Virus genome (UHGV): UHGV-0248979
Strand: one strand, 5' to 3'
Length of the DNA stretch: 64,000 bases
Source of the DNA: a virus
This document shows positions 38,521-47,399 of the stretch, piece after piece; within the stretch, counting starts at the first letter, position 1; every line of letters starts with the position of its first letter. The notes under the pieces were generated by a model that had not been told where the DNA came from, did not search any database, and worked only from the letters and a program-made list of their open reading frames with translations. A program made the translations under genes and the position numbers.

Positions 38521-38997
38521 TTATTTCTTCTTAGCGCGCGATGGCTTAGCTGGCGGTGTCTCGACAGACGGTTTACGCGCAACACGCACTGTAAAACCAC
38601 CGACCCAGGTTAGACACTCGGGGCGGAAGAAAATACCGTGCTCGATTGCACTGCCGTCTAGCGGCAACGCACCAACCTGCTCTACCCACACATCGTCTTC
38701 GGTAAGGGTTAAGCCATACTGCTCGTTAATTACAGGCAGCAAGTCCGCAGTCGTGGTTGCTGTCTCAACTAACAGTTTCGGCAATACGTTGTGGAAATAC
38801 AAACCTGCATCAATGCGGTTATACTGGAACGTTTGCTTATTAACATAACCGAGATTTTTAACCGGCACAACCGTAATTTCGGTGTTGTACGTACCGGTAC
38901 TTACGACGGGCTCACCCAATGTGACTTTGGCGGTGTCGAGCTCGGCGTCTGGGTTAGCCTTTTTAATAAGGTCGAAGATAGTTTCTTGACTGGTCAT
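38521..38997 (-). CDS. hypothetical protein, family A-like (158 aa)
   Basis: N-terminal pattern similar to 39011 and 35324 genes. Confidence 0.5.
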   Translation of the reverse strand: MTSQETIFDLIKKANPDAELDTAKVTLGEPVVSTGTYNTEITVVPVKNLGYVNKQTFQYNRIDAGLYFHNVLPKLLVETATTTADLLPVINEQYGLTLTEDDVWVEQVGALPLDGSAIEHGIFFRPECLTWVGGFTVRVARKPSVETPPAKPSRAKKK

Positions 38998-39010
38998 TAC
39001 TGTAATCCTC

Positions 39011-39859
39011 TTAATCTAAGAATCCCGGTAAGACCGAATTAGTCTTGGCTAATTCAATCTTCGACTTCGGACGATCGGTTCCGTTAAAGTGAATTAACAG
39101 TTTACCGGTCAGGTTAGAACACATACCGCTTAGGGCGAGTACCAGCACACGCGTGTACTTCGCATTTGCGCCTTCGAAACCTGCGGTAGGGCCATCGTAG
39201 ATAACCTTAGCACCGAACAAGTTATTAGCAGCGTTCTTAGGTACGCTTACCCATTTCTCATCAACAACGTTAGTCAGTTTAGTAGCTAACTCTACTAAGT
39301 CTACGGTGCCGTTGATGGTAATTGGATCAAGGTAATCTTTTTCTGCGGTGAAGTCAATTGGGTAAGAATAAACCGCAGCGTTACCTTTCTTAGTGGACGG
39401 ATACTCTACCAGGTTTTCTAATTGAGTAACAGGTAGCAATTTAGCCAGATCAATAGGATCGCGTAGCGTAAGCGTCACTTCGCCACACCACTCGTAAGAT
39501 TTCTCGTTAGCGGTAAGTTGGTGGGTTTTACCTTCAACTTTCGCATCAACGATATCCGATGGCAGAATATTTAAATCGTATTTTGCGTTGATTGCGTTAA
39601 GCAAATCTGAGGCGGTTACAACACCGTCGTTACCGAATACCAACTCACCTGTTAGGTATTCGGGCAAATTACGACGATGGTAAGTCACCGTTAAAGTAGT
39701 AGACTCATCGCCTTTGAGTTTAGAAGTCAGAACCACCTGGGTATCAACCCCAGTACCAGTAGGTTCGCCGATATCAACATCACTGAAGGTCAATGGCGGA
39801 ACAATATTGTTTTCAGTGTTGATGAGTTTTAGCAGTTTCTGTTTTGACGTAAGAGACAT
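39011..39859 (-). CDS. hypothetical protein, family A-like (282 aa)
   Basis: N-terminus KQKLLKLINTENN...FSDVDIGEP resembles family A. Confidence 0.5.
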   Translation of the reverse strand: MSLTSKQKLLKLINTENNIVPPLTFSDVDIGEPTGTGVDTQVVLTSKLKGDESTTLTVTYHRRNLPEYLTGELVFGNDGVVTASDLLNAINAKYDLNILPSDIVDAKVEGKTHQLTANEKSYEWCGEVTLTLRDPIDLAKLLPVTQLENLVEYPSTKKGNAAVYSYPIDFTAEKDYLDPITINGTVDLVELATKLTNVVDEKWVSVPKNAANNLFGAKVIYDGPTAGFEGANAKYTRVLVLALSGMCSNLTGKLLIHFNGTDRPKSKIELAKTNSVLPGFLD

Positions 39860-39963
39860 CGCGTTAACTCACAATAAGTAAAAAAGGTTTAAGAGGTCGT
39901 TTTACATCCCTCAGCCAGCATAGGAATAGTCGAGTAGAAGGTAAGTAAAGCAGCGTCAAAATA

Positions 39964-40020
39964 ACAAAAAAAGAAAAGGGAAAGAAAATTAATTCCGCTA
40001 TAGACCGAAGCCTATAGCGG
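39964..40020 (-). terminator. rho-independent terminator
   Basis: CCGCTATAG-ACCGAAG-CCTATAGCGG hairpin plus long T-rich tract on minus strand after gene 40028..40459. Confidence 0.55.
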
Positions 40021-40027
40021 AGTAAGG

Positions 40028-40459
40028 TTAGCGAACGTTGTGTGCTAAGTACATCAGCGTACGAGTGTCGATGTCACGAGAAGTTTGTGACATCTGACTC
40101 AGTAACTTGTTGGCAGTAGGGTCATTGTAAACACGACTTAACCATTCGTCAACCATTTCTGGTACAGTGTCGACAAGAAGCGGATAGTTAAGATTTTCCA
40201 GTGTGTATTCAACGAATTCGTGCATCAGATTCTGGTCACGATGCATAGTGTCACCTAACTCACCTACAGGGTACTCTTCGCGAGGACGTTTACCCCAGCT
40301 ACAGATGTGCATGTAGTTAGTATTCACAATTTCCTGATATTCTTCTAACTTAACTAAATCGAAGTCAGTATTTGGACGACAGAAACCTGCTAGAACGCCC
40401 AAAGCAATCGGATTGTTACGAATGTAGTTACGGATTTCATCATTTAATACGAAAAACAT
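40028..40459 (-). CDS. hypothetical protein (143 aa), paralog of 41320..41748
   Basis: Similar length and N-terminal ..IRNYIR.. motif to 41320 gene. Confidence 0.5.
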   Translation of the reverse strand: MFFVLNDEIRNYIRNNPIALGVLAGFCRPNTDFDLVKLEEYQEIVNTNYMHICSWGKRPREEYPVGELGDTMHRDQNLMHEFVEYTLENLNYPLLVDTVPEMVDEWLSRVYNDPTANKLLSQMSQTSRDIDTRTLMYLAHNVR

Positions 40460-40535
40460 TTTAATACTCCTTTAGGTAAATACAATAATAGAGGGGTGGT
40501 AATCCACCCCTTGGTTGAATTTAGAATGTCGTTAA

Positions 40536-41297
40536 TTAACGACGTTTTTGACAATTAGGACAATCGCAATCTTTGTTGTAAATATTAAAAAGCTTTTCGA
40601 GAACCAAGGCACGTGCTTTTTCGATATAAGAATCCGTTGAAACAATTCGCAAAAAGTTCGTTAATGATTTGAAAACCTCAACATCGTTGTCGATCAAAAC
40701 GGTGAGTGTTTCACCTTTGTAAACGGATTGACGAATTTTCTCCTTGTGTTCGTGCACAGCCACACGCATGAGTTCATCAGCGGTATCTTTTCCGATACCG
40801 TGAATCGAAATAAGTCGAACGGCATCGTTATCGATCAGCTCAGCGATAGAACTAATTTCTTCCATGAGATTACGATCGTCTTTCTTCAATCGAACGACGA
40901 TCTTATCGTTATCCGAATAAATGCCTAAATCGTCGGGATAGAGGGTCTCTAACGCTTCTTTAATTTCCTTAATCTTCTTACCTTCGTACCAGAGGACGTG
41001 TGGTTCGTCTTTCTGCTGTTCTTCTACTTTCGGTTGTTCAGTCTCGGTCGTTTCCACCCGAGTGTTCGTGGTACCTTCTGCTGAGTTGAGTAACTCACCG
41101 ATTTCTTTCGCAATAGTGTCGCAAAGATAATCGTTGCAGTGAGTCCAGTAGAATACGATGCTTTCATCGTTGACCTGCTCTACACGGAAATGTACACCTT
41201 TATCCAGGAATATGCGATAAAGTTGATCGAGTAACTGTGCTTCAGGAACCGGACGGATTTCAGTTTTAACGAGCGGGGTAATTTCGATATTAAACAT
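40536..41297 (-). CDS. hypothetical protein with helix-hairpin-helix-like motif and C-terminal CDCPNC
   Basis: LISIHGIGKDTADELM resembles an HhH DNA-binding motif; C-terminal Cys cluster. Confidence 0.45.
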   Translation of the reverse strand: MFNIEITPLVKTEIRPVPEAQLLDQLYRIFLDKGVHFRVEQVNDESIVFYWTHCNDYLCDTIAKEIGELLNSAEGTTNTRVETTETEQPKVEEQQKDEPHVLWYEGKKIKEIKEALETLYPDDLGIYSDNDKIVVRLKKDDRNLMEEISSIAELIDNDAVRLISIHGIGKDTADELMRVAVHEHKEKIRQSVYKGETLTVLIDNDVEVFKSLTNFLRIVSTDSYIEKARALVLEKLFNIYNKDCDCPNCQKRR

Positions 41298-41319
41298 GTC
41301 ATTTTTTCCTTTTGGTAAA

Positions 41320-41748
41320 TTAGCTGTAATTGTGCTTAAAGAACTCTAAAGCACGCTGGTCGTTTGTAATCGCCGTTGTGGACATTCGTTTTAACGCCTG
41401 TCGGCAGTAAGCGTCGCTCAGAATACGTTGCTGCCAAGCGTTGACTATTTCCGTCACTGTTTCCCCTTCTACAGCAGTGTTAAGTTTATCGAGGCAGTGT
41501 CGCCCTAACAGAAACGCAACCGCATAATCTGTAAACATCTCGGTGCCGAAATCCCCGTCGGGATAATCGCAACGTTTACGTACTGACGTTGCGGTAATGG
41601 AGTTATAAGCGGTTTTTATTATCTCGTGGAACTGTTCCACCGTTAAGATGTTAACGTCAGTACCTGAAAGCGTAAGCGACGCCAGTACAGGAATACTGGC
41701 TGGGTACTGACGGATGTAATCACGCAAATCTGAATTGAGCGTTTTCAT
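41320..41748 (-). CDS. hypothetical protein (142 aa)
   Basis: ORF track; paralog of 40028 gene. Confidence 0.5.
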   Translation of the reverse strand: MKTLNSDLRDYIRQYPASIPVLASLTLSGTDVNILTVEQFHEIIKTAYNSITATSVRKRCDYPDGDFGTEMFTDYAVAFLLGRHCLDKLNTAVEGETVTEIVNAWQQRILSDAYCRQALKRMSTTAITNDQRALEFFKHNYS

Positions 41749-42496
41749 TCATGAACCCTTTTGTTTTTATCCAATATAAGCAATTTGCACCAACCTGAAC
41801 TGGCTCGATCCTATCAAGTTCTTCCATCAGAGCCAGATAAGTATGCCAAACAGTTTGACGTTCGAAGAAAAATGATGTTGTGCCATTAGACCTAAGACAT
41901 GCACGTACTAAGTGCTCGGTTTGTGAAAACTGAATATTAACGTTGTTCAGGACACGTTGAATAGTATCAGAATCGTAATGCGCGAATCGATCTTTGTGTA
42001 CCAGAACCATCTCTATAGGCGAGGAATCGTCATTGACTGAAAAAGGTTCGTCAATGCGAATAAGGTTATTCCGGTGAGGTACCCCATCGTAACCGAGCGT
42101 ATAGACATCCATACCTTCCCCCGGGTTACAGTCGAAATACTCCAGAATTTTATCAGCGTTTTTCTCCGCCGAACGTTTAAAGTAAACAATATAAACGGTA
42201 TGACTAATCTTCTCAACTTCGTATACTTTTTCGGAGAACGATCTGAAAATTGCCATGACGTTTAATCTTCCTTTGTCTTTAGCAACGTAACATGCAACTA
42301 AACACGTTGCTTCACCACGAAGAACATCGTCAATGAACTCTTTTGCTCGTTTTAATTCATCCTCGTTAAAACCACCGATAGTGAGCTCATTCCCATAAAT
42401 CTGATAAGCAAGATGTGGAGTAACGTTTTTCAGGAAACTCGTAATGATGTGCGTGTATGCCCAAAGACTACTATTCTTAAACTCGATAGTTTTCAT
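41720..42496 (-). CDS. hypothetical protein (258 aa)
   Basis: ORF track. Confidence 0.5.
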   Translation of the reverse strand: MKTIEFKNSSLWAYTHIITSFLKNVTPHLAYQIYGNELTIGGFNEDELKRAKEFIDDVLRGEATCLVACYVAKDKGRLNVMAIFRSFSEKVYEVEKISHTVYIVYFKRSAEKNADKILEYFDCNPGEGMDVYTLGYDGVPHRNNLIRIDEPFSVNDDSSPIEMVLVHKDRFAHYDSDTIQRVLNNVNIQFSQTEHLVRACLRSNGTTSFFFERQTVWHTYLALMEELDRIEPVQVGANCLYWIKTKGFMNENAQFRFA

Positions 42497-42540
42497 TTTA
42501 TTTTCCTTTTGGTTTTACAAGCTGAAGCGTTAATTTACGC

Positions 42541-43035
42541 TTAGAGGTGTTTTCCGATAACTTCCGAAACTAATTCGTAAAGGTCATCGTCACTGCACAC
42601 GTCTACGCTAATTCCGATATCGATACTACGACTGCGGAACCCTACTTTGAGCGTTTTACCGAATTCGGTTTGTAGGGCTTTATAGAGTCTATTCTTATCT
42701 TCTTTAAAGAGAGGAACAGGTAGTCTAACAGTGAACTTGTAATGTTCTTTCGAAACAAGTTCGTTAGAATAATTAAAACGTTTAGCCACACGAGTTCCGA
42801 TAATCTGTGTTATCAGCTTAAACATTTCTTCGTCGCTATACGGTGTTGCACCATAACCGATATCAATAGAATTTCTACGGAATCCTGCGCAGAATAATGC
42901 ACCGAATTGCTCACGGAATTCTTTGTGTAGAATATCTTTTTCTACGTCCCACAGCCCGTAACCCAAGTCAATCGTGAATTTGTATTTTTCTTTGTCGACT
43001 AATTCGTTAGTGTAATCAAGTCTAGTGAAGTTCAT
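42541..43035 (-). CDS. hypothetical protein with internal tandem duplication
   Basis: Start moved to ATG 43035 (AGGAGA RBS); two roughly 75-aa repeats NELV.KE.YKFT...GFR.RSIDIG. Confidence 0.5.
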   Translation of the reverse strand: MNFTRLDYTNELVDKEKYKFTIDLGYGLWDVEKDILHKEFREQFGALFCAGFRRNSIDIGYGATPYSDEEMFKLITQIIGTRVAKRFNYSNELVSKEHYKFTVRLPVPLFKEDKNRLYKALQTEFGKTLKVGFRSRSIDIGISVDVCSDDDLYELVSEVIGKHL

Positions 43036-43039
43036 GGTA

Positions 43040-43107
43040 TATTCTCCTAAAATGGTTTCGTTAAGTGAGAGTAACTGAACTCTCACCTAGGTAATATATA
43101 TCTGAAA
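43040..43107 (-). promoter_or_regulatory. conserved AT-rich box plus 5' leader hairpin cassette
   Basis: Near-identical (1 mismatch) to 5514..5580. Confidence 0.4.
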
Positions 43108-43116
43108 ATATTTTTA

Positions 43117-43398
43117 TTAAAAACCCGCAATAAAACTGCCTAGCGAGACACGCTGTAGGTATTTGGGCTTACGGGCCAGGTAACAGTTCTTAGGATTACC
43201 TATTGCCATCTGCGCAACTGCACGTTCTAAACGCGGTGCTTCTAAGATGGCGCGATAGTTCCCTTCGTAATGCATTAACCACGCACACTCTTCAACGAAA
43301 CGTTTTGCTTCTCGGTATTCTAACGTACGAATACGTTTCTTACCACGATACAAAACCACATCACCATTACTACGAAATACAACCGTTTCACGCTTCAT
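43117..43398 (-). CDS. hypothetical protein
   Basis: ORF track 43117..43419; ATG at 43398 has GGGAGA RBS. Confidence 0.4.
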   Translation of the reverse strand: MKRETVVFRSNGDVVLYRGKKRIRTLEYREAKRFVEECAWLMHYEGNYRAILEAPRLERAVAQMAIGNPKNCYLARKPKYLQRVSLGSFIAGF

Positions 43399-43544
43399 TA
43401 ATGATCTCCCACATTTCACGTTTCACTTCAAGTTTATATTTTTCTACTTCAGGGCGACAGTGAATCGTTGCCTTCTTGACCAACTCTAACCCACCGTCTT
43501 TCGTTAACACACCTTCACTAATCAGTTCGGTAATAGCACAAAGT

Positions 43545-43856
43545 TTAAAAACCATTATCGCCACCGTTTGCAATCCAGGTTGCAACACGAACGTGTGCAC
43601 TGTGGAAGTTAGAGACTAAAAGTATTACGCCGCCTAACGTACGTGGAACGCGTAAAGCTTCGAAACGTCGGCAGTAAGAGCGTACACAATACTCGGAACC
43701 TAAGATAACGATTTCGCAGTATTCTGAACGAATAGGCAGTAGTTGAGAAACGAGTTTATCGCACGTTTCTTTGTTGTCTTCTAATAACCCGCCACTGAGA
43801 ATATAATTGACAATGTTCTCAGGTGCCGATGTGTTCGCGATTTTATTTTCCATCAT
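43545..43856 (-). CDS. hypothetical protein (103 aa)
   Basis: ORF track. Confidence 0.4.
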   Translation of the reverse strand: MMENKIANTSAPENIVNYILSGGLLEDNKETCDKLVSQLLPIRSEYCEIVILGSEYCVRSYCRRFEALRVPRTLGGVILLVSNFHSAHVRVATWIANGGDNGF

Positions 43857-44254
43857 TAAACTCCTATTGTGATCTCCGTAATGTGCATTCTTCGCATCTC
43901 ACGGGTCATTCTGTCCATTGCTCGTTGACACTCGAATAAATTGTCGTAGTATTTCTGGGCGGTAACATTGAATAAAACTCGACCATCTTTCAATTGTTTA
44001 GCAGCGACTCTTATAGTTTCCGATTCAAACAACCGACCGCCACCCCTACCAACCTTAACCATAACGTCACGAATAGTAACGTTTATAAGTTCACCGTTAG
44101 GGGAAGTCACAACCTCCGTATACCAGTCGCCTTCTTTAACGACATATTGTACCCTTTTACCGCACAGCCAGTTTTTAACTTTCTCGTTAACAAACAGTTG
44201 GGCTTTTAATGACAAACGCCTTTTTAAGTAAAATAAACGTATCATGTAAATCAC
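43856..44254 (-). CDS. hypothetical protein (132 aa)
   Basis: ORF track. Confidence 0.45.
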   Translation of the reverse strand: MIYMIRLFYLKRRLSLKAQLFVNEKVKNWLCGKRVQYVVKEGDWYTEVVTSPNGELINVTIRDVMVKVGRGGGRLFESETIRVAAKQLKDGRVLFNVTAQKYYDNLFECQRAMDRMTREMRRMHITEITIGV

Positions 44255-44288
44255 CTTATCTCCCTCGGTGTTCCCGAGGGAGAGCTAA

Positions 44289-44570
44289 TCACAGTTTCTC
44301 TTCTATTGTATCTAATCGAACTAACGCATCGTGACTGACTTTCCGTGCGTGTCCGATTGTTCCACCGAGGGCTTTTGTTGTTGGGTCTAAGGTATTCAGA
44401 CGGTGATACTGATAATCGATATCACGTATACAACGCGCCTGTTGTTTTACCACCCGAATTAATTGTCGTTTGGTTTGACGATTGTTACTAAGCTCCTGCC
44501 GTAATCGCGTGTTTTCTTTATAAAGCTCCTGTTGACGTGAGTTAATTAAACCCAACAACCAATCTAACAT
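44289..44570 (-). CDS. hypothetical protein (93 aa)
   Basis: ORF track. Confidence 0.45.
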   Translation of the reverse strand: MLDWLLGLINSRQQELYKENTRLRQELSNNRQTKRQLIRVVKQQARCIRDIDYQYHRLNTLDPTTKALGGTIGHARKVSHDALVRLDTIEEKL

Positions 44571-44572
44571 TT

Positions 44573-45088
44573 TTACCCCCGGTGCAAGAAAATACGGTTA
44601 GTGTTTTCGAATTTCGGTTCTGTCCACTCCAGTTCCCAGTAAGCCTGGTTAATATCGCGAGACGTGAGTTTCAAATTCGAAACGCCAGGGATTTCGATCT
44701 GCTGCAGTAAATTAATAATCGTCACCAGCTCTTTACGAGGACGGTTCCAGATAACTTCAAGATATTCTTTCAGACGCTCTGGATAAGCGACAGGTCGAAT
44801 ATAAACTAGTCCAGCGGGATACTCAATTGCTGAGGGTGTTCTAGGCACTAACCAAACCCAGTCTTTTAATAGCGGTCCTGAGTGGTAGTTAGAGAGTTGA
44901 GTAAGCGCGTTTGCGACCGAACAACAACGGAAGTAAGTGATGTCCCAATCGTGTTCATGACAATTTCGCGCAACGATAACTTTTAAACGGTCAATAGGTT
45001 TACCGTCGATAGTCGTAACACCAGGTTGATTCGCCAGAATCTGACGTTCACGTTTAGTATAAAGATTCATGTTAATATTTACTGACAT
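44573..45088 (-). CDS. hypothetical protein (171 aa)
   Basis: ORF track. Confidence 0.5.
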   Translation of the reverse strand: MSVNINMNLYTKRERQILANQPGVTTIDGKPIDRLKVIVARNCHEHDWDITYFRCCSVANALTQLSNYHSGPLLKDWVWLVPRTPSAIEYPAGLVYIRPVAYPERLKEYLEVIWNRPRKELVTIINLLQQIEIPGVSNLKLTSRDINQAYWELEWTEPKFENTNRIFLHRG

Positions 45089-45130
45089 TTAATGCTCCTT
45101 TAGGTAAATGGTGGTGTGATTAAGCCTTCG

Positions 45131-45973
45131 TTATTTGAGATTTCGAATTTCTCTCATCTCGTTACAAAACTTATCAAACAACTGGGCGTATTTGTCAATG
45201 TGATTTTCGAACTCCCCAAAAAGGTGGCGTGAAAGGCGTTCGCTGACTTCTTTCTCGTATTTCTCGAGAACGTGTTTAAAAGATTCACTGTCTCTCTTAA
45301 TTTTCTTCGCATGGGTTTCCAAAGTTTTAAGAAGTCGTGGTTCGTTTTTGATCAGGAGATGCAAGTCACCTTTAAGATATCTGCTTTGATAAATCATTAT
45401 TTCGGCGAGCTTGTATTCACCTTTCACAACACTGATAAGCTCATCAGCACCGGCTTCTGTAATGTTTTCAACGGTAAATAGCAGAATATTTTCGCCCTCT
45501 ATATCTTTCAATAGTTGATTTATAGGAGATCGATAAGCAGTATATTCATAGCTCACTTTAAGCATGTTGTCTTCAATCACATACGTGAATTTATCGCTGA
45601 AAAAATGGTATAGTATTGGTCCAATTTTATCTGCTTGTTTGGGGGTAAGTGGGAACTCCTTTGTGTAGTAAGCGTTGCCTTTCGTAGTTGGCTTGTCCTT
45701 TAGCCCACAAGTCATTTGATCGTGTAATTCTGGATCTTTAGACACCTCAACAGATCGTACTAAAATATCCGTAATCGCACTAATGAGTTTGTTAGGAAAA
45801 TCGACATCACCTTCTACCCAGAAAATGTTAAACGATTCCGATTTAACTTTATAGTAAAAGGTGTACGTTTTTTGTAACTCAGCGATTTCCTTAATTTGTT
45901 CTTCAGTGGGGATAGGGGAGATCTTAAACCTGCTGATGACTTTTTCTTCTTCGGTGAGTTCGAACCGTAACAT
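45131..45973 (-). CDS. hypothetical protein (280 aa)
   Basis: ORF track. Confidence 0.5.
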   Translation of the reverse strand: MLRFELTEEEKVISRFKISPIPTEEQIKEIAELQKTYTFYYKVKSESFNIFWVEGDVDFPNKLISAITDILVRSVEVSKDPELHDQMTCGLKDKPTTKGNAYYTKEFPLTPKQADKIGPILYHFFSDKFTYVIEDNMLKVSYEYTAYRSPINQLLKDIEGENILLFTVENITEAGADELISVVKGEYKLAEIMIYQSRYLKGDLHLLIKNEPRLLKTLETHAKKIKRDSESFKHVLEKYEKEVSERLSRHLFGEFENHIDKYAQLFDKFCNEMREIRNLK

Positions 45974-45984
45974 GTTATAGTTCC

Positions 45985-46428
45985 TTAAATCATGCCTGGG
46001 AATTCGAAATCGATTTTATCTAAAAGTTTGTAGTCGTCTTTTAGTTGAAGCATTAGTGTATTCTTAAACAGTTCAAGTGAACCGATAAAGTAAGCCGTAT
46101 AGCAGCTACCACGAACAGAAGAGGAAAGACCCAAGTCTCTTAAACACTGTTTCAAGATTTCATGTTCTTCAGCGGTACCGAAAAGTTGGAAATTGATAAC
46201 GGTAATCTGTTTATTAATGATTGCCGATAACCATTCTTTAATTCTTCTCGTGGTTATACGTTCTTTGAAATCACTAGCTTCTGGCAACCAGGTAATGTGA
46301 ACAAACGGTGCATCGTAATCCACGAGAACTTTCTGCTGCCAACGTACTTGCATCAAACCACGAATACGGTTTGCTAACGTTTCAGAATCACAAAGCAACA
46401 TAATGCCATTAGTAGTATTTGGTTTCAT
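45985..46428 (-). CDS. hypothetical protein (147 aa)
   Basis: ORF track. Confidence 0.5.
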   Translation of the reverse strand: MKPNTTNGIMLLCDSETLANRIRGLMQVRWQQKVLVDYDAPFVHITWLPEASDFKERITTRRIKEWLSAIINKQITVINFQLFGTAEEHEILKQCLRDLGLSSSVRGSCYTAYFIGSLELFKNTLMLQLKDDYKLLDKIDFEFPGMI

Positions 46429-47276
46429 AATTGCCCTTCCTTCTTAATGTAATCTTCAACCAACTTATCAAACACGATTTTTATCTTCTCGCGTTCTTCT
46501 TCACCCAATTCACCAGAACAGGTCAGCCCATTTATCTTCCCGTACCGTAATTCCAACACATATTTCAACCGATGACGTAAGGCTTGATCAAAATGCGTTG
46601 GAATATAAATTGGTTCGAAGTTGTGCAATAAAATAAAATCGTCTTCGGTGTGTTTAGGGGGTTCGAATTTTACTCTATCTAAGATAGTAAGCCAGCGTTG
46701 TCTGTCGACTAGCCGATCGTCCCAATAAACAGGTTTTGTTTTAGAGGGGGTAAGTGTATTGTAGTTACTGGAATCGGAGATACGGAAATTTGCTGTGACG
46801 TAAGTCTTCGTGAGTAACGAGAGAAGACAGATCGTTCCTTCTTCAGAGTAGCTTAAACCCTCCTCGAGTACGTCTTTAGCTTTCTTGAAGTAGTCTTCAA
46901 TATAGTCTTCAGCAATTGGTTGAATCTCTACTTCTATAGCGCTAATTTGGGGCCCGTCTATCCGCAATGGAAATTTTAGCTCAGCGATATATTGCCTATC
47001 CGATGTATAGGCGCGTGTAACAATAGGGTAAGTAACAGGCTTAGCCAAATGACGATATTCATCATCTCTAATGACTGAGTAACGTCCAAACCTACCTTTA
47101 TTCGATTTTGAAAAAGCGTAAAGGTCTTTTAGATACTCTAGATACTGGCCATCTGTCATTTCATCGGTATTAAATTCACGAATATAAAGTCGTTCAACAA
47201 ATCCCTTTGTTTGTTCGTAGTAATAACTGGGGTCCCTATTTGCTAGAATGCGCGGGAGATAATACGGGTGTGACAT
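46425..47276 (-). CDS. hypothetical protein (283 aa)
   Basis: AAGGAGGA RBS; first gene after leader cassette. Confidence 0.5.
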   Translation of the reverse strand: MSHPYYLPRILANRDPSYYYEQTKGFVERLYIREFNTDEMTDGQYLEYLKDLYAFSKSNKGRFGRYSVIRDDEYRHLAKPVTYPIVTRAYTSDRQYIAELKFPLRIDGPQISAIEVEIQPIAEDYIEDYFKKAKDVLEEGLSYSEEGTICLLSLLTKTYVTANFRISDSSNYNTLTPSKTKPVYWDDRLVDRQRWLTILDRVKFEPPKHTEDDFILLHNFEPIYIPTHFDQALRHRLKYVLELRYGKINGLTCSGELGEEEREKIKIVFDKLVEDYIKKEGQL

Positions 47277-47305
47277 CTAATCCTCCTTTTCGGCTATAAC
47301 TAATG

Positions 47306-47350
47306 GAGTGAACGTAAATTTCACTCTCTCCTAGGTAATATATATCTGAG
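47306..47350 (-). promoter_or_regulatory. AT-rich box plus leader hairpin (variant)
   Basis: CTAGGTAATATATATCTGAG box plus GAGTGAA-loop-TCACTC hairpin upstream of gene 46425..47276. Confidence 0.4.
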
Positions 47351-47393
47351 AAAAAATATAAAAACCGTAGGATGGACTTAGTCCATCCTACGG
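47351..47393 (-). terminator. rho-independent terminator
   Basis: CCGTAGGATGGACT/AGTCCATCCTACGG hairpin plus T-tract on minus strand after tail spike gene. Confidence 0.6.
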
Positions 47394-47399
47394 TTTAAA

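Noticed and set aside
43388-43600. 70-aa minus-strand ORF overlapping neighbouring genes
   Set aside because: Overlaps both neighbours; could be real with internal start at 43555 but support is too weak to call.
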